Below, one piece after another: positions 14,569-27,030 of a stretch of 64,000 nt of DNA. Positions within the stretch are counted from its first letter, which is position 1, and each line of letters begins with the position of its first letter. The translations under genes were made by a program, and so were the position numbers. The notes under the pieces are model-generated. The model was not told where the DNA came from and did no database searches. It saw only the letters and a program-made list of their open reading frames with translations. Origin of the DNA: Octopus vulgaris (Eukaryota); the NCBI GenBank assembly GCA_951406725.2, contig OX597823.1, positions 51,584,001 to 51,648,000 of the forward strand, written 5' to 3'.

Positions 14569-16632
14569 ATTTTAGACAATATTTTATATACAACATAGCG
14601 TAAATAAAACTTAAATATATTTAAACACTAGGAAGTTCTCACAAAATATAGTTGGTCTACCTAGAAGTGTTTCATGTTTCTTTTACTTGTAGTATGTTGA
14701 ACAAAATTCACTTCATGTTCTGATGGAAGTGTTGACGGGTGCATTAAAGCCCCACTTTATTTACATTCATTCATGCGCAATAGATTAATACCAGTAGTAC
14801 ACTAAAACATTTTAAATTATGTTGAAGAAATACATCATTACACTAGATTCGATCTATAGACTATGTTCTTGAAGGCATAAACATTTAGCCCTTTAATTTC
14901 ATTGAGTTATATATATATATCTATAATTAATCTCACAGCTTGCTAATAATTTATTAATTATAGATGTTTGTACGTCGGCATAGAGGAGATCAAAAATACC
15001 GATAAATCCAGAGATTGTGTATGGTGCTGAGGAATAATACCCAGAAGATGAAACCGGCTTAGAATGAGTGTTGATAAGAAGATATAATCATTTTGGTGCA
15101 AATATATATGAAGATTAATCGAAAAAGGTAAATTAAATCATTGCAAATATTTATAAAGCGTTGCAAATGAAGATTCTAATATATAAACAACAGTTTCCTC
15201 AGGATGTTTTACAATTAGATTTTTAGTTTTCTCCACATATATTCAATTTTCACGGATTTGAAAAGAATTTAGTTTTTCTTATACCGAAAATTTTGATATA
15301 TAGATGAACCTTCGGATATTCATACCGTCTCAATAGCATTAATGGTGCAAATAATGTAAAATTGATATAAGCGGGATGTCAATGTGTGTTACATTGTAAA
15401 AATTGTTTTGCACATTATTTCTACTGTATTGCGAAGAAACATAAAAACATACAGATTTTTTTTTCCTTTTCCCTCTCATCAAATTTCCTTAGTTTTTATA
15501 AATACGTAAGTTGAACAGAAATTCATTTAATGAAACAGCTATGTATTTTACGCATTACGGCTTCTTATACTGTTGTTATTCTCCAACTGTTATCGATTCT
15601 GTTGCATTAACGTTCTTCAGTCACAAAAGATTAACAGAAAAAAAAGAAGAAAAAGACAAATCATTCATGTGGAAAGGTATACCTTACTTCGCGTGTCTTT
15701 GAAATAACATTTCAATCAGTGAACATTAGCAAGTCAGTCCGAGTTGAGTTAAAACCTAAGTAGACTTAGTCTGCCAGTATTGTTGAACCGGAAATTTCTG
15801 CGCAAAAATTAGAAGAAAAAAACAAATAAAGATAGAAAAATGGTTTCCAAATCTGAAAAACAGCACGGCATGTTCTCATTTTTCTTTGATTTTCTTCCAG
15901 ATAAAGCTTTTCTGCGCATGCAATTTTAAGAAATGAATAACCTAGAAAAAATACCGAAAGAAAAACCGCTATAATTCTATTATTTTCGGAGTGGAAGAAA
16001 ACAAGTGGACTATTCTCAGTAGAAACCATTTTCTACTGGGCTGGCTTAATTTCCTTCTAAACCAAGTTCGGCATTTGTAAACCACAAATCATGAAAACTG
16101 TTGTGGGGTGGATTCGAGGCTGAAGTTTCAATACGCTGATAATCAAAGGCGAGGAACTATTCCCAGCTGTTGTTGACCTTTCAACACAGAGATTAAATGC
16201 AGGAAGCATAGTGTATTCTTGGAGTGACGTAAAATCCACATGAAAATGCACATGTCACAAAATGATCCTCTAAAATATTTTTCAAACATAGTGTCAATCC
16301 TCTAGAATTAATGAAGCAAAAGTATAGATCAATGTTGCCATAAAGGTTTCCATTCATGAATGGGGTAGGAAAAAATAAAATGAAGCTGTTCTAGGTGAAA
16401 AACGAAACCTTAATCATATATTTTACCTTATAAAACTAGATCAGCCAATATCTAATGTGCTTCGTATATATATCTCCTCTATAAAAAGGATGCTTATTTT
16501 TAATTCCTTTTTTTTTTGTAGTTTCAAAAAGGTGAAAGATAAACCTTTCTTTCAATTGAAATCCAATCTAAAATGGTGAATATTCCGACAAAATTTGATA
16601 TTTAACTCAAATTGGTTGATGAACGAAGTCAT

Positions 16633-16841
16633 ATACGAAGGGGTTCTGAAAACTCCCTGGCTTTAAGAGTATCACGAAAGACCTGGTCGGAGGCCCAACC
16701 TTTCGAGTTCTTTTATAGGGCTTAACAAATGGAAAGATAGTGAGAATCTCAAAGGAGAATATGTTGAATAAAAATTATAACCACCTGATCCTTCTGTATT
16801 TTTTTTTACCAAAAGTCAGGCACTTTTCAGCACCATCTAAT
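16633..16841 (+). mobile_element. Mariner-derived MITE
   Basis: TA-flanked imperfect TIRs tacgaaggggttctgaaaactccctggcttt / aaaagtcaggcacttttcagcaccatctaata; residual transposase end LKGEYVE*. Confidence 0.7.
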
Positions 16842-17035
16842 AGAATCCAACGTTCTACCAAACAGCATAATGTAAAATTAAAAGTAAATACGAACTTACA
16901 AACACGAGACTAAATAGACACAATTGTTTTCTCTATATTTTATAAATATCAAGTGCCACAACAGAATTTCTAAATAGGAAGAGCTTTCACGGTATGATAT
17001 AAATATAAATATAAATATAAATATATATATATATA

Positions 17036-17220
17036 CTTTATTTAAAGCAGCAGAAAATTCAACAAAACCTGTTACTCTGAGTTTCACGTTGCCGGCAACG
17101 TGAAACTCAGAGTAACAGGTTTTGTTGAATTTTCTGCTGCTTTAAATAAAGCATATTACTCTACCACTGGTAATTGAGTACTCTTTTTTCCACCTTGTCT
17201 CACATTTATGTGTTTACTCC

Positions 17221-17222
<2 letters not shown>
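17036..17222 (+). mobile_element. Penelope-like pLTR remnant containing a perfect 116-bp palindrome (17036-17151)
   Basis: 58-bp arms checked base by base with no spacer; same family as 34273-34420 and 62505-62690; flanked by TA-rich repeats. Confidence 0.8.
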
Positions 17223-17266
<44 letters not shown>

Positions 17267-17749
17267 CTAATCAAAATCTTATAAGATTTTAAAAATTTTT
17301 ATTCTTTTACAGTATTCGAGCACTCCGGTAACTAACTAGACTTTGTTATAAAATAATGAATGAGAAGTGATGTATGTATTTTTGCTGTGAATTAGATTTC
17401 AAAACTAACATTTATCTAAGGGTGTCCAACAAAAAGAATTAAGAGACCCTCTTGCAAAACCAGAGACCTACAACAGAATCTAGATACTGCGTCCTATTAA
17501 CCTATTCGCCATCACATAAATCTTTATATACATTAAATTTATTGTTTTATTAATCATTGTGAATGCACCATTAAAATTTATATAAATACTTTGGCAAGCT
17601 GCATAAACACTTCATAAAAATCTATAATGATTTATCACAATATATGTTATAGCTTTACCTATCAAAGAACGAGAATAAATTCGGCTAAATTTTTACAATG
17701 CGTAAGTTATATAATTGCTGGTCTGTGTTAATTGCAGGCTTTCACTGAA

Positions 17750-17814
<65 letters not shown>

Positions 17815-20042
17815 TCATAGCTATAAATAAGATTTTTTCCTGTTTGTTTATGAAGTCACAAGGCCCTTTTGAACAAGGAAAATTAAACTGTGTGGGATCC
17901 ATGCATTTCTTAAAGGCGTAAATGGTTACTTATCGAAAAAGAAACCAATACTATATGCCATGCGCAATTCACATTCACTTCTTTTATAGTTTTCATATAC
18001 ATGATATTTTATTGTCTCTTCCGGCGTGGAGGAGGGGAAACGCGTTGTTGTATCATTCATGCCTCTACTAAGTGCATTATCAAACTATATTAAGTGAAAT
18101 TGTTTCGATCGCAATATAGAGAATTGTACTTTACAGCGCTCACCTGTACGACACGTTATTAATGTTTTATGTTCCTAAATGTGTTTACTTCTATTTTTAT
18201 TCCAAATTAGCACTGGACATTATGCGTCACAACACTAGAGCAGCTTTGTTCAAACGAAATAATTTAAAAGCACTTAGCAATCTAAACTGAAATTAATTTG
18301 GGAGTAGTGCTGTCTGAGCATTCTACAAAGTGTTTCCATTTTAAGTAAAAGTGCAAAGAATATATATTTAAGTACTCCATAGTTCTGTATTTGTTAATAA
18401 AGACTATGCTTTCAGAAGACGGAAACTAAAGTTCAATCCAAATAAAAGAGCCTGTAATTTGTATTTGTGCAATTATTATTTTTACGTCCTGAGTTCAAAT
18501 ACCGCGAGGTCGGCTTTTGCCTTTCATCCTTTCAGAGTTGATAAAATACCAGTTAAGTACAAAGGATCTATTTCATCGACTATGCTCTTTTCGCAAAATA
18601 TTTGTAGCCTTGTTCGTATGAGTAAATTACATTCATCTTCATTATTGATACGAAAATGTTCGTCTGTCTGTTCATGCCTGCATTTATGTTTATAAACATA
18701 CAAATAACTGAAGAAATTTGAATAAATCTTCTGAATAAAAGATAAGCTATTATGCCTAAATTATCACCTCCTAGATGTCGTGAACTTTGCTTTGAAAATT
18801 AAGTAACATCTTTATATTTAAGGTCTTTGAAACCTTCAATATGTTCGTTATTCTATTTTTCGGAGTCCTTTCTCTTTACTGTGCCATTTTTGATCAGAAT
18901 AAAGCATAGTAAGGTAATATGATCTTAGAATTTACCTCCGATAAATATATTTTGCAAGCTGGGAAATAATCTTCTTTCTAACAGTTTCAAGTGTTCTACA
19001 TCAGTAATTGATTGTTCCTATGGTAATAAACCCATCGCCACATACAGATGAAAAAGCAACGCCACGCCATAATTTCACCTCTTCCCGTTAAAAGGCTGCA
19101 ATGCAGTATGACCACAGTCCAATGACTGAAACAAGTAAAGAGATAAAAGATACTCTCAGAGTGGGATCTCTCACCAGTTCTGCAAAGATGGGATTCTAGG
19201 GTATCATTATAAGACACAGTACTTAATTCTTCACTCCAGAGCGCTTTCTGAGATCTTGGTCAAATTGTACACTCTGTGCTTTGTCAACGGAAGCTTACTC
19301 TTATGGTTTTGAGACGTTTCGTTTTCGCATGGCCGTTTTGGCGTCGCTTATTTGGCGTCACTGATTTGGCGCAGGCTTATTTGACATCAGACTTTTGAAT
19401 GTCTCATTCTCTCCCTTCTTCCCTCTCTCTCTCCCTTCCTTTCTCTCTCTTTCTCTCTATTTTCCTGTCCCCCCTCTTTCTCCTCTCTCCCTCCCCGCTT
19501 TCTCCTTCCCTCACCCTCTCTTCCTCCCTCCCTCTCTCCGTTTATGTGTGTGTGCATATTGGTAGTTAAGTGTATGGGGAAAGGGAAAGTGTCTATGTCA
19601 GCCAGGTTAAAAATTGTAAAGACCCTTTTTTTCTACCACTCACTTTCTCTACGTTTCTTTCCCTCTTTCTATCTGTATGTGTAAATTTCTCCGCCAGTGC
19701 ATGCGCATGTATGTGTTTGCCTTCAGCACCATAAAATACAGTTGCAAAAACAAGTGATTACGCTCAAAAACTTTACTCAATCTGGTGATCCAAGTCTTGA
19801 TAAGATCTTTTTATTCCCAACTTTTGATCTATACACTAAAAAAAAGTTCTTGTTTGCATTTTTGTTTTTTTGTTTTTAAAAACTGTACAAACGATAGTGC
19901 AACACATTTGCGAGTCTTATGTAAAGATAACAGAAACTATAAATTGTAGCAGTGTTTCATTTCCTAACCAGACGGGGACATAACAACATGACAGCCAAAA
20001 TTCTGGATCTTTAGCAAGACACAACTTTATGTATGGACATAC

Positions 20043-20155
20043 CTGTGAGTCCCATACAGCAAAATGGATGCAACACGACATGCTGAACGGCGTCCCACCC
20101 GGGATGGGACGAATCGAGTGTTGTACAAAATAAAGATTAATACCAAATCCATATT
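20043..20155 (-). other. Candidate spliced exon of an unidentified transcript
   Basis: Locally GC-rich unique sequence; minus strand tatccag| ... cacag|gtatgt; two open frames (e.g. YGFGINLYFVQHSIRPIPGGTPFSMSCCIHFAVWDSQ); no recognisable homology. Confidence 0.25.
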
Positions 20156-20282
20156 CTGGATATTTAAGAAATTATTGTTAATATTATTATTATTATTATT
20201 ATTACTATTCAAATATATATATATATAATACATATACATACATAAACACACACACGTACGCATACGCACACATATGTGTGGA

Positions 20283-20475
20283 TACACACACACACACACA
20301 CGTACACACACATATACGGCGGATTTTTTTCAGTTTCTTTCTGCATTATCCACTCGGAAGATTTGGTTGGTGCGGGCTATAGCAGAAAACACTTGCCAAG
20401 GTACTACGCCGTGGGATTGAACTCGGAATCATGTGGTTGTGAAGCAAGCTTCTTACCTTACAACTACGCCTGCGC
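20283..20475 (-). mobile_element. SINE family B 5' half (diverged)
   Basis: cagtttc..atccactc..gctatagcagaaaacacttgccaagg..gtgggattgaactcggaatcatgtggttg. Confidence 0.75.
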
Positions 20476-20549
20476 TTACAAACACACACACACACATACA
20501 CACACATATAAATATAAGTATTGTGTGCGATCTGTGTATGTACTTACGC

Positions 20550-20700
20550 ATGTATGTATGTACGTATGTATGTACGTATGTATGTACGTATGTATGTATG
20601 TATGTATGTGTGTATGTATGTATGTATGTATGTATGTATGTATGTATGTATGTATATATGTATGTATGTATGTATGTACGTATGTATACATGTATGTATA
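20550..20700. repeat. (TATG)n microsatellite
   Basis: Direct reading. Confidence 0.95.
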
Positions 20701-20823
20701 TTGTCATAACTGTTCCAAATTCACGTAGATTAATTTTCGTGATGGAAGATTATTTTGCGCTGAATTATGTTACCCAACAAGCTGCATGATATGACCAGCA
20801 AACCAACTACTACTACTACTGCA

Positions 20824-20865
<42 letters not shown>

Positions 20866-21371
20866 GCTGCGGCTGCTGCTGCTTTTGCCACCGCTGCCTT
20901 GGTTGTAATAACAAACCGTTTTTACAGAGGTGACCAAACGAACAAAAAGGAATTGTTTCTAAAATGCTGCTCTTTCTTTCATTTCTTCTCTCCTCCACTC
21001 TCTCCCTTTCTCTGCCTCTCTCTCTCTCTCTCTCACTCTCTCTTTCTCTCTCTTTGTCCCCCTCTCTCTTTACCCCTATGCTAAATGACATTTCTAATCT
21101 ATTAGATTAATCTTTCCATGATTTCCTATCGTGACTGACTGGCTTCCATACGGTTTTAGTTCTACAACTAATTTCAGGAGATCACGTTTTTATCAACGGC
21201 AAGTTGAATAGATTTGGTTTAGGTTTGTAAATGTACCACCACATACAGCTTTAAATACAAGAGCTTAGAGGAGCCATCAAGAGAACTTCTACGTGGAAGC
21301 TAGTCATGCTAGAAATAGGAGCCATAAACCCCTCATATCAAATCCTTTTGTCTAGTCTAAGGTTACTAATG

Positions 21372-21508
21372 TACGAGGGAGTGCTGAAATGTTCCTGGCT
21401 TTTGTGTTAAAGAAAATACAGGAGGATCAGTTAATTATGATTTTATTCAACATAATCCCTTCTCAGATACGCACACTTATTGCAACGGTCCTTCAATGTC
21501 TCTGAACC
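21372..21508 (-). mobile_element. Mariner-derived MITE fragment (family of 16633-16841)
   Basis: tacgagggagtgctgaaatgttcctggcttt TIR; atacaggaggatcag and ttattcaacat match the 16.7-16.8 kb copy in reverse. Confidence 0.7.
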
Positions 21509-22970
21509 GGGTTCCATATGTTCCTTGGGGGTCCACATAAGATTTTGTTAGAATTTATCTACAATAAATTGGTCATACTTCTACAATGCACGCAATATTT
21601 TAATAATTTTTTAATGCAGTTCCTATATATATTTAATTAAATATAATATATTTTCACAACTATCGGAGCGCAAAGCGCTTCTCAGGAACGCAACTTCGTG
21701 AGATGGTTGTGATCTGGAAACAGTTTTGAGTAGAAACCGGAAAGAGACGTATGTAAATGCAATGCGCATGTGCACTCTGGATTCGTAAAACAGAAGAGAA
21801 AAATAAAAACGCAATGCGGATATCAAAACAAAATGGAAGAGAAGAATAAAACAAGTTATATGATGGTCTGCATGCCACGTCTGACACCATTATTACGCAG
21901 CGTTGTTGCAATTTTCTTGTTTACTGAATGGTTATGGAGATTCATCCGAGTAAAATAGGCTGAGAAATGGCTGAGAAACGCTGCATTAGATAGTGCCATC
22001 CTATATGCATATAAAAGATGGAGTGGTTACAGATAAAACACTTCTAATAATAACTCTACTCAATCAGGGCTAACCTGGGGCCAAACAACAGCAATAGAAT
22101 CATAGTTTCTTACTAACATCCTCTCTTTCTCTATTTTCCCTCTCACGCTCCCGCACGCTTGCTTTTCTTACGCATGCTCTTTATAACAGTGAACACAAAT
22201 TTTATTACGTCAAGCATATTTCTAATGTCCGGTTAAACATAGGTTCCTTCTGCTGAGAATGTCTTCTTAAGAGCTCTGTAATATTTTCCTTTTAGTGTCG
22301 GCTTTATGTATGGAATACCTTAGGGCAGCGTTTCCTCTTTTTTTATGCTTCATGTATAAAACATTAGACTATTTGTGTGTTCCGTATAAAAATTAATAAT
22401 TAACGATTCGGAACTTGATTGTCATGCTATTATTAAAATCTCATCCATATTGTAAGTGAGTTAGCAAATTATTATTTCATTTTCGATGCATAGATATACA
22501 AGCGAATACATACAGGAGGAGACATATGAATATTTTATATCTCTATTTCTAAATACTACATATGATAAATCCAGGTTGAATGAGAATTATTCAGATAGTC
22601 GAGTGATAATGGTTTCTTTAAGAACAAACATTTTTGTATAAACAACGGTTTTAAATAATTACTATATTAGCTTCAAATATGATAGACAATAGAAATTGAA
22701 ATTGAAAGGTGACATGGTAAGGAAATAAATTTAATGTTCTGCCTAAATTCTGATCATTGTGTTTTTGAAACAAAAACTGAGATTGCCCGATATCAAAAAA
22801 TTGTACACCTGCTAACTTATACGTTACACTCATTTGAAATTTGTTATATTTTCAATATTTCTCTGCTTAAATGCATAAACAAGACTGCTTAAACTTTCTG
22901 CAGGTAAACATTACATACACGCACACACACACACACACACACGGGCGTGTGTACATTTACACACTTTATA

Positions 22971-23031
<61 letters not shown>

Positions 23032-23081
23032 CTATGTCTGTGTGCATCTGTGTACGGAATATATTTTCTGTAACAATTTCA

Positions 23082-23313
23082 AAGGCGGCGAGCTGGCAGA
23101 AACGTTAGCACGCCGGGCAAAATACGTAGCCGTATTTCGTCCGTCGTTACGTTCCGAGTTCAAATTCCACCGAGGTCGACTTTGCCTTTCATCCTTTCGT
23201 GGTCGTTAAATTAAGTACCAGTTACGCACTAGGGTCGATGTAATCGACTTAATTCCTTTGTCTGTCCTTGTTTGTCCCCTCTGTGTTTAGCCTCTTGTGG
23301 GTAGTAAAGAAAT
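23082..23313 (+). mobile_element. Full-length tRNA-derived SINE family A with TSD
   Basis: ggcggcgagctggcagaa head, gagttcaaattcc B-box, core gaggtcgactttgcctttcatcc, tail gtaaagaaata; TSD ttttctgt(a/g)rcaatttca-like on both sides (ttttctgtaacaatttca / ttttctgtagcaatttca). Confidence 0.93.
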
Positions 23314-24321
23314 ATATTTTTTCTGTAGCAATTTCATCGCAGAGTTGACACCTACCTTTAACGGAACTTCCAAGCAATTAGTAAACAACAAGAAAATCAA
23401 CAATCGATTTCTCGCTCAAGGAATGAGACTTCATCTTTTGGTAAATTTTCCGATCACTGATGTGTTGTTTCCTCTCTTCTATCAGCAATAGGTTGTCAAA
23501 GCATAATAGCTACTAAATTATAAAAAACATGTAGATGTGAGTCCACTGATGATATTTAAATGGTACCTTTTCTTATGAAGTTCTCTTTCTTCCTGCAGAT
23601 GTAACTTCAATTGTCGATGGTAGCACTGAGTACAGATTTTTACTTGCCTCTGAATCGCTACTCTTTATTCAACGATCTCCCATCTGATATCATTATACAG
23701 AATGGCATAGTGGTGTCATAAGATCCAAACCACTTCTTGTATTCTCGCACTGGAAAGGCTACGATCTCGTATGCACTGTTTCTGTGTATCATCCCTGCCA
23801 TCAATATTTCAAAGAGACTACATTTATCTGCTCCACTTTGAGCTTTTAAGAGTGTCATGTATTTGTGGTTAACCTCACGGCAAATTACTAATTGTAGACT
23901 TCGGCTTTCAAACAGATGTTCCAACAAGTATTCAAAACACTACGGCGTATGAGTAAACGAGGCAGCGCACTGGGTACATTTTCTTTACTGCCCATTCGCT
24001 CAAGCAACTGCAAACGATAATTTTAATGATCGCCTAAACTTTAAAAAATTATTAATAGGGTGATGATGATTTCATATATTATAGCATTATGCATATGGTG
24101 CTTTGCTGCTTACCACAAAGCGCGGCAACGCTATGGTCTTAGGTTATTTCAGTTAAACTATGAAACTGGGAAAATCTTGAAACGGTGAATGGACTAATAT
24201 AAAGGACTAATAAGGAAATATGGAAACCCTTGAATACAAATTATTAAACTCAAACACAGTTGTATCTTGAATATAAAATGTTTGACAAAATATATTCCGT
24301 ACACAGATGCACAAAGAGAGC

Positions 24322-24370
<49 letters not shown>

Positions 24371-24465
24371 ACACAAAAAACACACAAACACACACATGTA
24401 TGTACTTATAGAAGTAAATGTGGGGATAAGCAAGTTAGACATTAAATACATGAACTGCAAAAAAT

Positions 24466-24832
24466 GTATGTATGTTTACATTCAAAAAGTCCGACTTACA
24501 CAGAATAGAATTGATATCGAGAATTAAGGGGGTTGAAGAACATTATTACAAATCCAACAGCTGTTTCTGGGGACTCGGTGGTCCAAAATGATTTTTGTAG
24601 ATTGAGGTGTTGAAGGAAACACGTCTTTCCTTCAACACCTCAAATGTAAGATTTCTTCCTTGAAGACGGAGGCTCGTCACATACGACAATGGAATCGATC
24701 TACAAACAATATTTTAGATACCGAGCCCCCAGAAACAGCTGTTGGATTTGTAATACTTTTCTTCAACGCCTTTAATTCTCAATATCATTTCTACTCTGCA
24801 TAAGTCGGAAATTTTTGTATGTAAACATATAT
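24466..24832 (+). mobile_element. Penelope-like pLTR in inverted-repeat arrangement with hammerhead-like motif
   Basis: Diverged ~135-bp arms (24468-24603 / 24697-24832); perfect 18-bp hairpin 24602-24643; tcc-TTGAAGA-stem-GAAAC-agct-GTT-gga at 24657-24746. Confidence 0.65.
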
Positions 24833-25662
24833 ACGAGGTTTGATCAATACGTATCCGGACTGGTGCCATAGTAACGAAGCTAAAGCACGCAAACTAAAGC
24901 CACTTTACACAGATTGACCTTCAACCCAGTTGTGCATACGCACTAACTTTTAACGTTCCAGCTCACTTCCACTGTTTACAGCAGTGATTGGAAGAAAGGT
25001 GTGTAGCGTGTTAACATCACATTGACCATGACAGAGAAGGTTGTCATGACAATATCTGCTCAGAGGTCAATGCATGGTTGATATTAACGAATGTTCTGGG
25101 AGACCCGCAAGCAGCAGGACTGAGAAAAACATCGCAGATGTGCGTGTAGCTGTGAGGGAAAATCGTCGAATCACCATCCGTGATTTATCAGAAGATGTGC
25201 AGATAAGTTATGGTTCAGTTCAGTCCATTATCACAGAAGATTTGGTATGATACGTGTGTCTGCCAAGTTTGTGCCAAAACTGCTTTCAGCTGACCAAAAT
25301 GACACCCGGGTTTCAGTTGCACAAGATCCTCTTGATTGTGTCGCGAACGATGAAAATGTTTTGAAAAGTTTGCGCTGGCCGCTGAGCAGGTATCACCAAG
25401 CTTTTGGCAAAATTTGATGCAGATTCTCTGTTCAACTTTCCCTGTCATGGTGAATGCGACAATCACGCGCTGCAGACCTTTCTTCGAAGGACCACTGACA
25501 CACTACACACGTTCCTTTCAAGCACTGCTCTAAACAGCGGAAGTGAGCTAGAACGTAAAAACGTAGTGCAGATGCACAGAGTAAAGCCAAATGGCTTTAC
25601 TCCGTGTGCTACAGCTTCGTTGCTAAAGCAAGAATCCGGGTACTTATTGATCAGACTACGTA
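24832..25662. mobile_element. Rearranged mariner element made of two head-to-head 5' ends
   Basis: TIRs tacgaggtttgatcaa / ttgatcagactacgta; plus strand VRENRRITIRDLSEDVQISYGSVQSII and SAKFVPKLLS; minus strand MTGKVEQRICIKFCQKLG. Confidence 0.85.
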
Positions 25663-25964
25663 AATTTTTTCGTAGTTCATGTATTTAAGGTACATATGTG
25701 CATATATATGCATATATGCTATATATGCAATTATATATATGCTCACTCACACTCGCATGAAATACTCGCATGCACACCCAGATATATTTGATTACCGTTT
25801 GATGTGTTGATGTGTTTACATCCCCGTAACTTGGTTGTTCAAGAACAAAGACCAATAGAATAAGTTCCAGTCTAAACAATAGTAAATGATTACTGGGTCA
25901 ATCCATTCGACTAAAAATTCTTCTATGCGATGTCACAACATTTAAAACAGTTAAGAAATAAAAC

Positions 25965-26024
<60 letters not shown>

Positions 26025-26369
26025 CAGAAGCATACATACGCATTAGAATCTATATATGTATATATATAGTTGTATATCTGTATGTATGTATCTTTGATTA
26101 TCTGCATTGGTATAAAAGAAAATCCTGTATTATACACACATACACATACTCATATGCATTCATCTTCCACTCTCTCTCTCTTTCTCCCTCTCTCCTTCTC
26201 TCACACTCACACACAACTGCTCTCAAATAAACATTCAATTTTCTAATGCACACAAGTTTTGCATTATATTAGGCATTATGCTGTATATGCTAACATGTGT
26301 CTCACTTTACTCCCTCTGTGTAGCTAATTTCTATGAAATGAATGTAATACAACCATTATTACAATTTAT

Positions 26370-27030
26370 ACTCGGTCAATTCATTTAATATCCAGGATCC
26401 ATTTTAGATTGCATAGCCGGAAGGTGTTGAAACGCTGTTCTTGCTTGGAGATGATGCTTCAGTTCAGGTCTCACTGCTGTAAAACTGTGTGCTGAGGACT
26501 CATGCACTGAATATTGCAACCTTGTTGTGCACCTTTAGCTAAGTGTTTTCCCAGACTCACATTTTTTGTCTAGCTAGATTCGAGGCTGCTCTTCCAATAT
26601 GTCCATAGATATGAGACACTGAAGGAATGTTCGGGATTGTCCAATCCTTTCACACAGGTATTAAGAATGTCATTTAGTTTTAATGTTTGTTTTTTCGGAA
26701 GCCTTCAGCAACTGTCATGAAATGAAAGCGGTTCTGCGTGCTTCCCCTATCCAGTCCGGCATCTTCTTCGCTATCACGCTGATCGACTCGTAGTTATCTT
26801 TATACCAGATTAGACAGGAAAGTAATTATTCTTTTTCAATTATAGCTGATAACCAAAGTACGCGAAATACTCATCAAAGACTGGCAGTTTACAAATGCCA
26901 CGACACTGGCAACACACTTGGAGGAGAAACTGTCCCGCCTAATGAAAATCTCAACAAGAGCCTGTCAAGACTTCGGCTTTACAATCGGTTCTGAGCCAAG
27001 GTATTGAGCACTCTGATACCATTACCATCA
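26370..27030. mobile_element. Decayed RTE LINE fragments in opposite orientations
   Basis: Plus 26855-27030 gives KVREILIKDWQFTNATTLATHLEEKLSRLMKISTRACQDFGFTI (decayed LFADD region); minus 26370-26810 resembles the EN-RT linker. Confidence 0.6.

Noticed and set aside
20070-20125. Hammerhead ribozyme at ctgaacggcgtccca...tgggacgaatcg
   Set aside because: The core does not fit CUGANGA/GAAA and no stem III or cleavage triplet forms
23560-23940. 89-aa minus ORF and a strong plus-strand acceptor at 23598
   Set aside because: No motif or matching donor; may be an old LINE endonuclease relic
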